From NCBI RefSeq assembly GCF_036321535.1, contig NC_087436.1, forward strand, positions 74,216,001 through 74,280,000: a stretch of DNA of 64,000 nt, written 5' to 3'. Position numbers and translations under genes: made by a program. The DNA is from Camelus dromedarius (Eukaryota). Of the stretch, positions 63,106-64,000 are shown piece by piece (the first letter of the stretch is position 1; every line of letters begins with the position of its first letter). The notes under the pieces are model-generated. The model saw only the letters and a list, made by a program, of their open reading frames with translations, made no database searches and was not told where the DNA came from.

Positions 63106-64000
63106 TATTGTCCTCATTATCCCTGCTGCATTCTATTATTCTGTATTTGTGATACATGGGAGACTGATGGATGGGGTGACTGTAGCTTGCCTACACCTAA
63201 TTCGGTGTAAATATACCTAATCTTAATCACGTCATCCTTGGGACAATCATCTTTTAGAAGCATATACTTTGGAAAGAACAGGACAGAGATTTATTGATTT
63301 ATAGCGAAATCCTCTGGCTTAGTATGCAGGGTGACCATAGGAAACACTGGATTAAGATCAGCGTCTCAGATTCCCAAGCCTCAAATGCCTCCTAGTCTTC
63401 AGGTAACAGGGGACACATAGTAGAATTTGAGCTTCTGCTTCCCTTGAAAGAGGATGCTTTCAACTCTCTTAGCCTGTGGGATACTTGGGGGTTTGGATGC
63501 CTGTGCTTTAAGGGATGTTGAGATCAAATATATTTTGGCTCTATTTATGCCAAGTTGCTGACATGTTCTATTTATTGTCCCTAAAGCAGGTTAGAATCAA
63601 AATGCTGCTCATGAATAGGTGGAGATGATTTCATAGCTTGGGTTTTGCAATTGATTTCCTAGAAACGTATCTCATTTGTGCACCCAAGTAAAGACATGTG
63701 ATTGCTTTTGAGCTTAACTATATCATTCAGGTATGTGCCTCCTCCTTAGTGTGGTATCTAAGTTGCCTGTGTGTTATTCCAGTAAACAAAGGCACTTGGT
63801 CAAAATGGTCTCTCAGGAAAGCCTAAATTTTCTTCTTAAAATGTTAAAATGAGAACTATCCGTCTAAGGAATGCCTTGAAAATATTAGAAATCATTGTTT
63901 TTCAAAAATTAATGTCAGTAATTGTTAGACAGTGTCTGAAACTTTAAAAATCATAGCTGCCTGGAGCAGTAGTGGGGAAGAAGAATAAGGATGTAGAAAC

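Larger units (their letters stand above)
17166..64000 (+). other. SHROOM3: 5' part of the long SHROOM3 intron following the PDZ exon
   Basis: Starts with GTAGGC. I could not find the next coding exon in the window. Confidence 0.75.

Overview
This is AT-rich mammalian genomic DNA, not prokaryotic. Five copies of a tRNA-derived SINE (GGGGAGGGTATAGCTCAAGTGGTAGAGC...CCTGGGTTCAATCCCCAG) match the camelid Vic-1 family as I recall it, so the source is probably a camel, alpaca or llama. The window lies inside SHROOM3 on the + strand. The only coding sequence I can support is a 155-nt exon at 17011-17165 encoding the C-terminal part of the PDZ domain ([52 protein letters not shown]). The rest is intron, full of MIR, L2, L1 3' ends (several with clear target-site duplications), MaLR LTRs and DNA-transposon relics (MER53, MER5, MER20, MER47/Tigger5-type, MADE2). 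The most notable non-repeat signal is a CpG-rich promoter-like segment at about 46140-46800. It carries GC boxes, CCAAT, AP-1 and a perfect Grainyhead-like palindrome, and ends in a consensus AAG|GTAAGT donor, so it is a candidate internal first exon for a PDZ-less SHROOM3 isoform. A PITX/NKX/CRE motif cluster lies about 2.5 kb downstream of it. The other findings are retrotransposition and repair scars: a twin-primed L1, a 103-bp L1 mini-insertion and a 27-bp locally copied segment. I see no evidence of a novel multi-gene system. All other ORFs in the track look spurious or L1-derived. Repeat subfamily names come from recalled consensus sequences, not from a database search, and boundaries are approximate unless TSDs are given.
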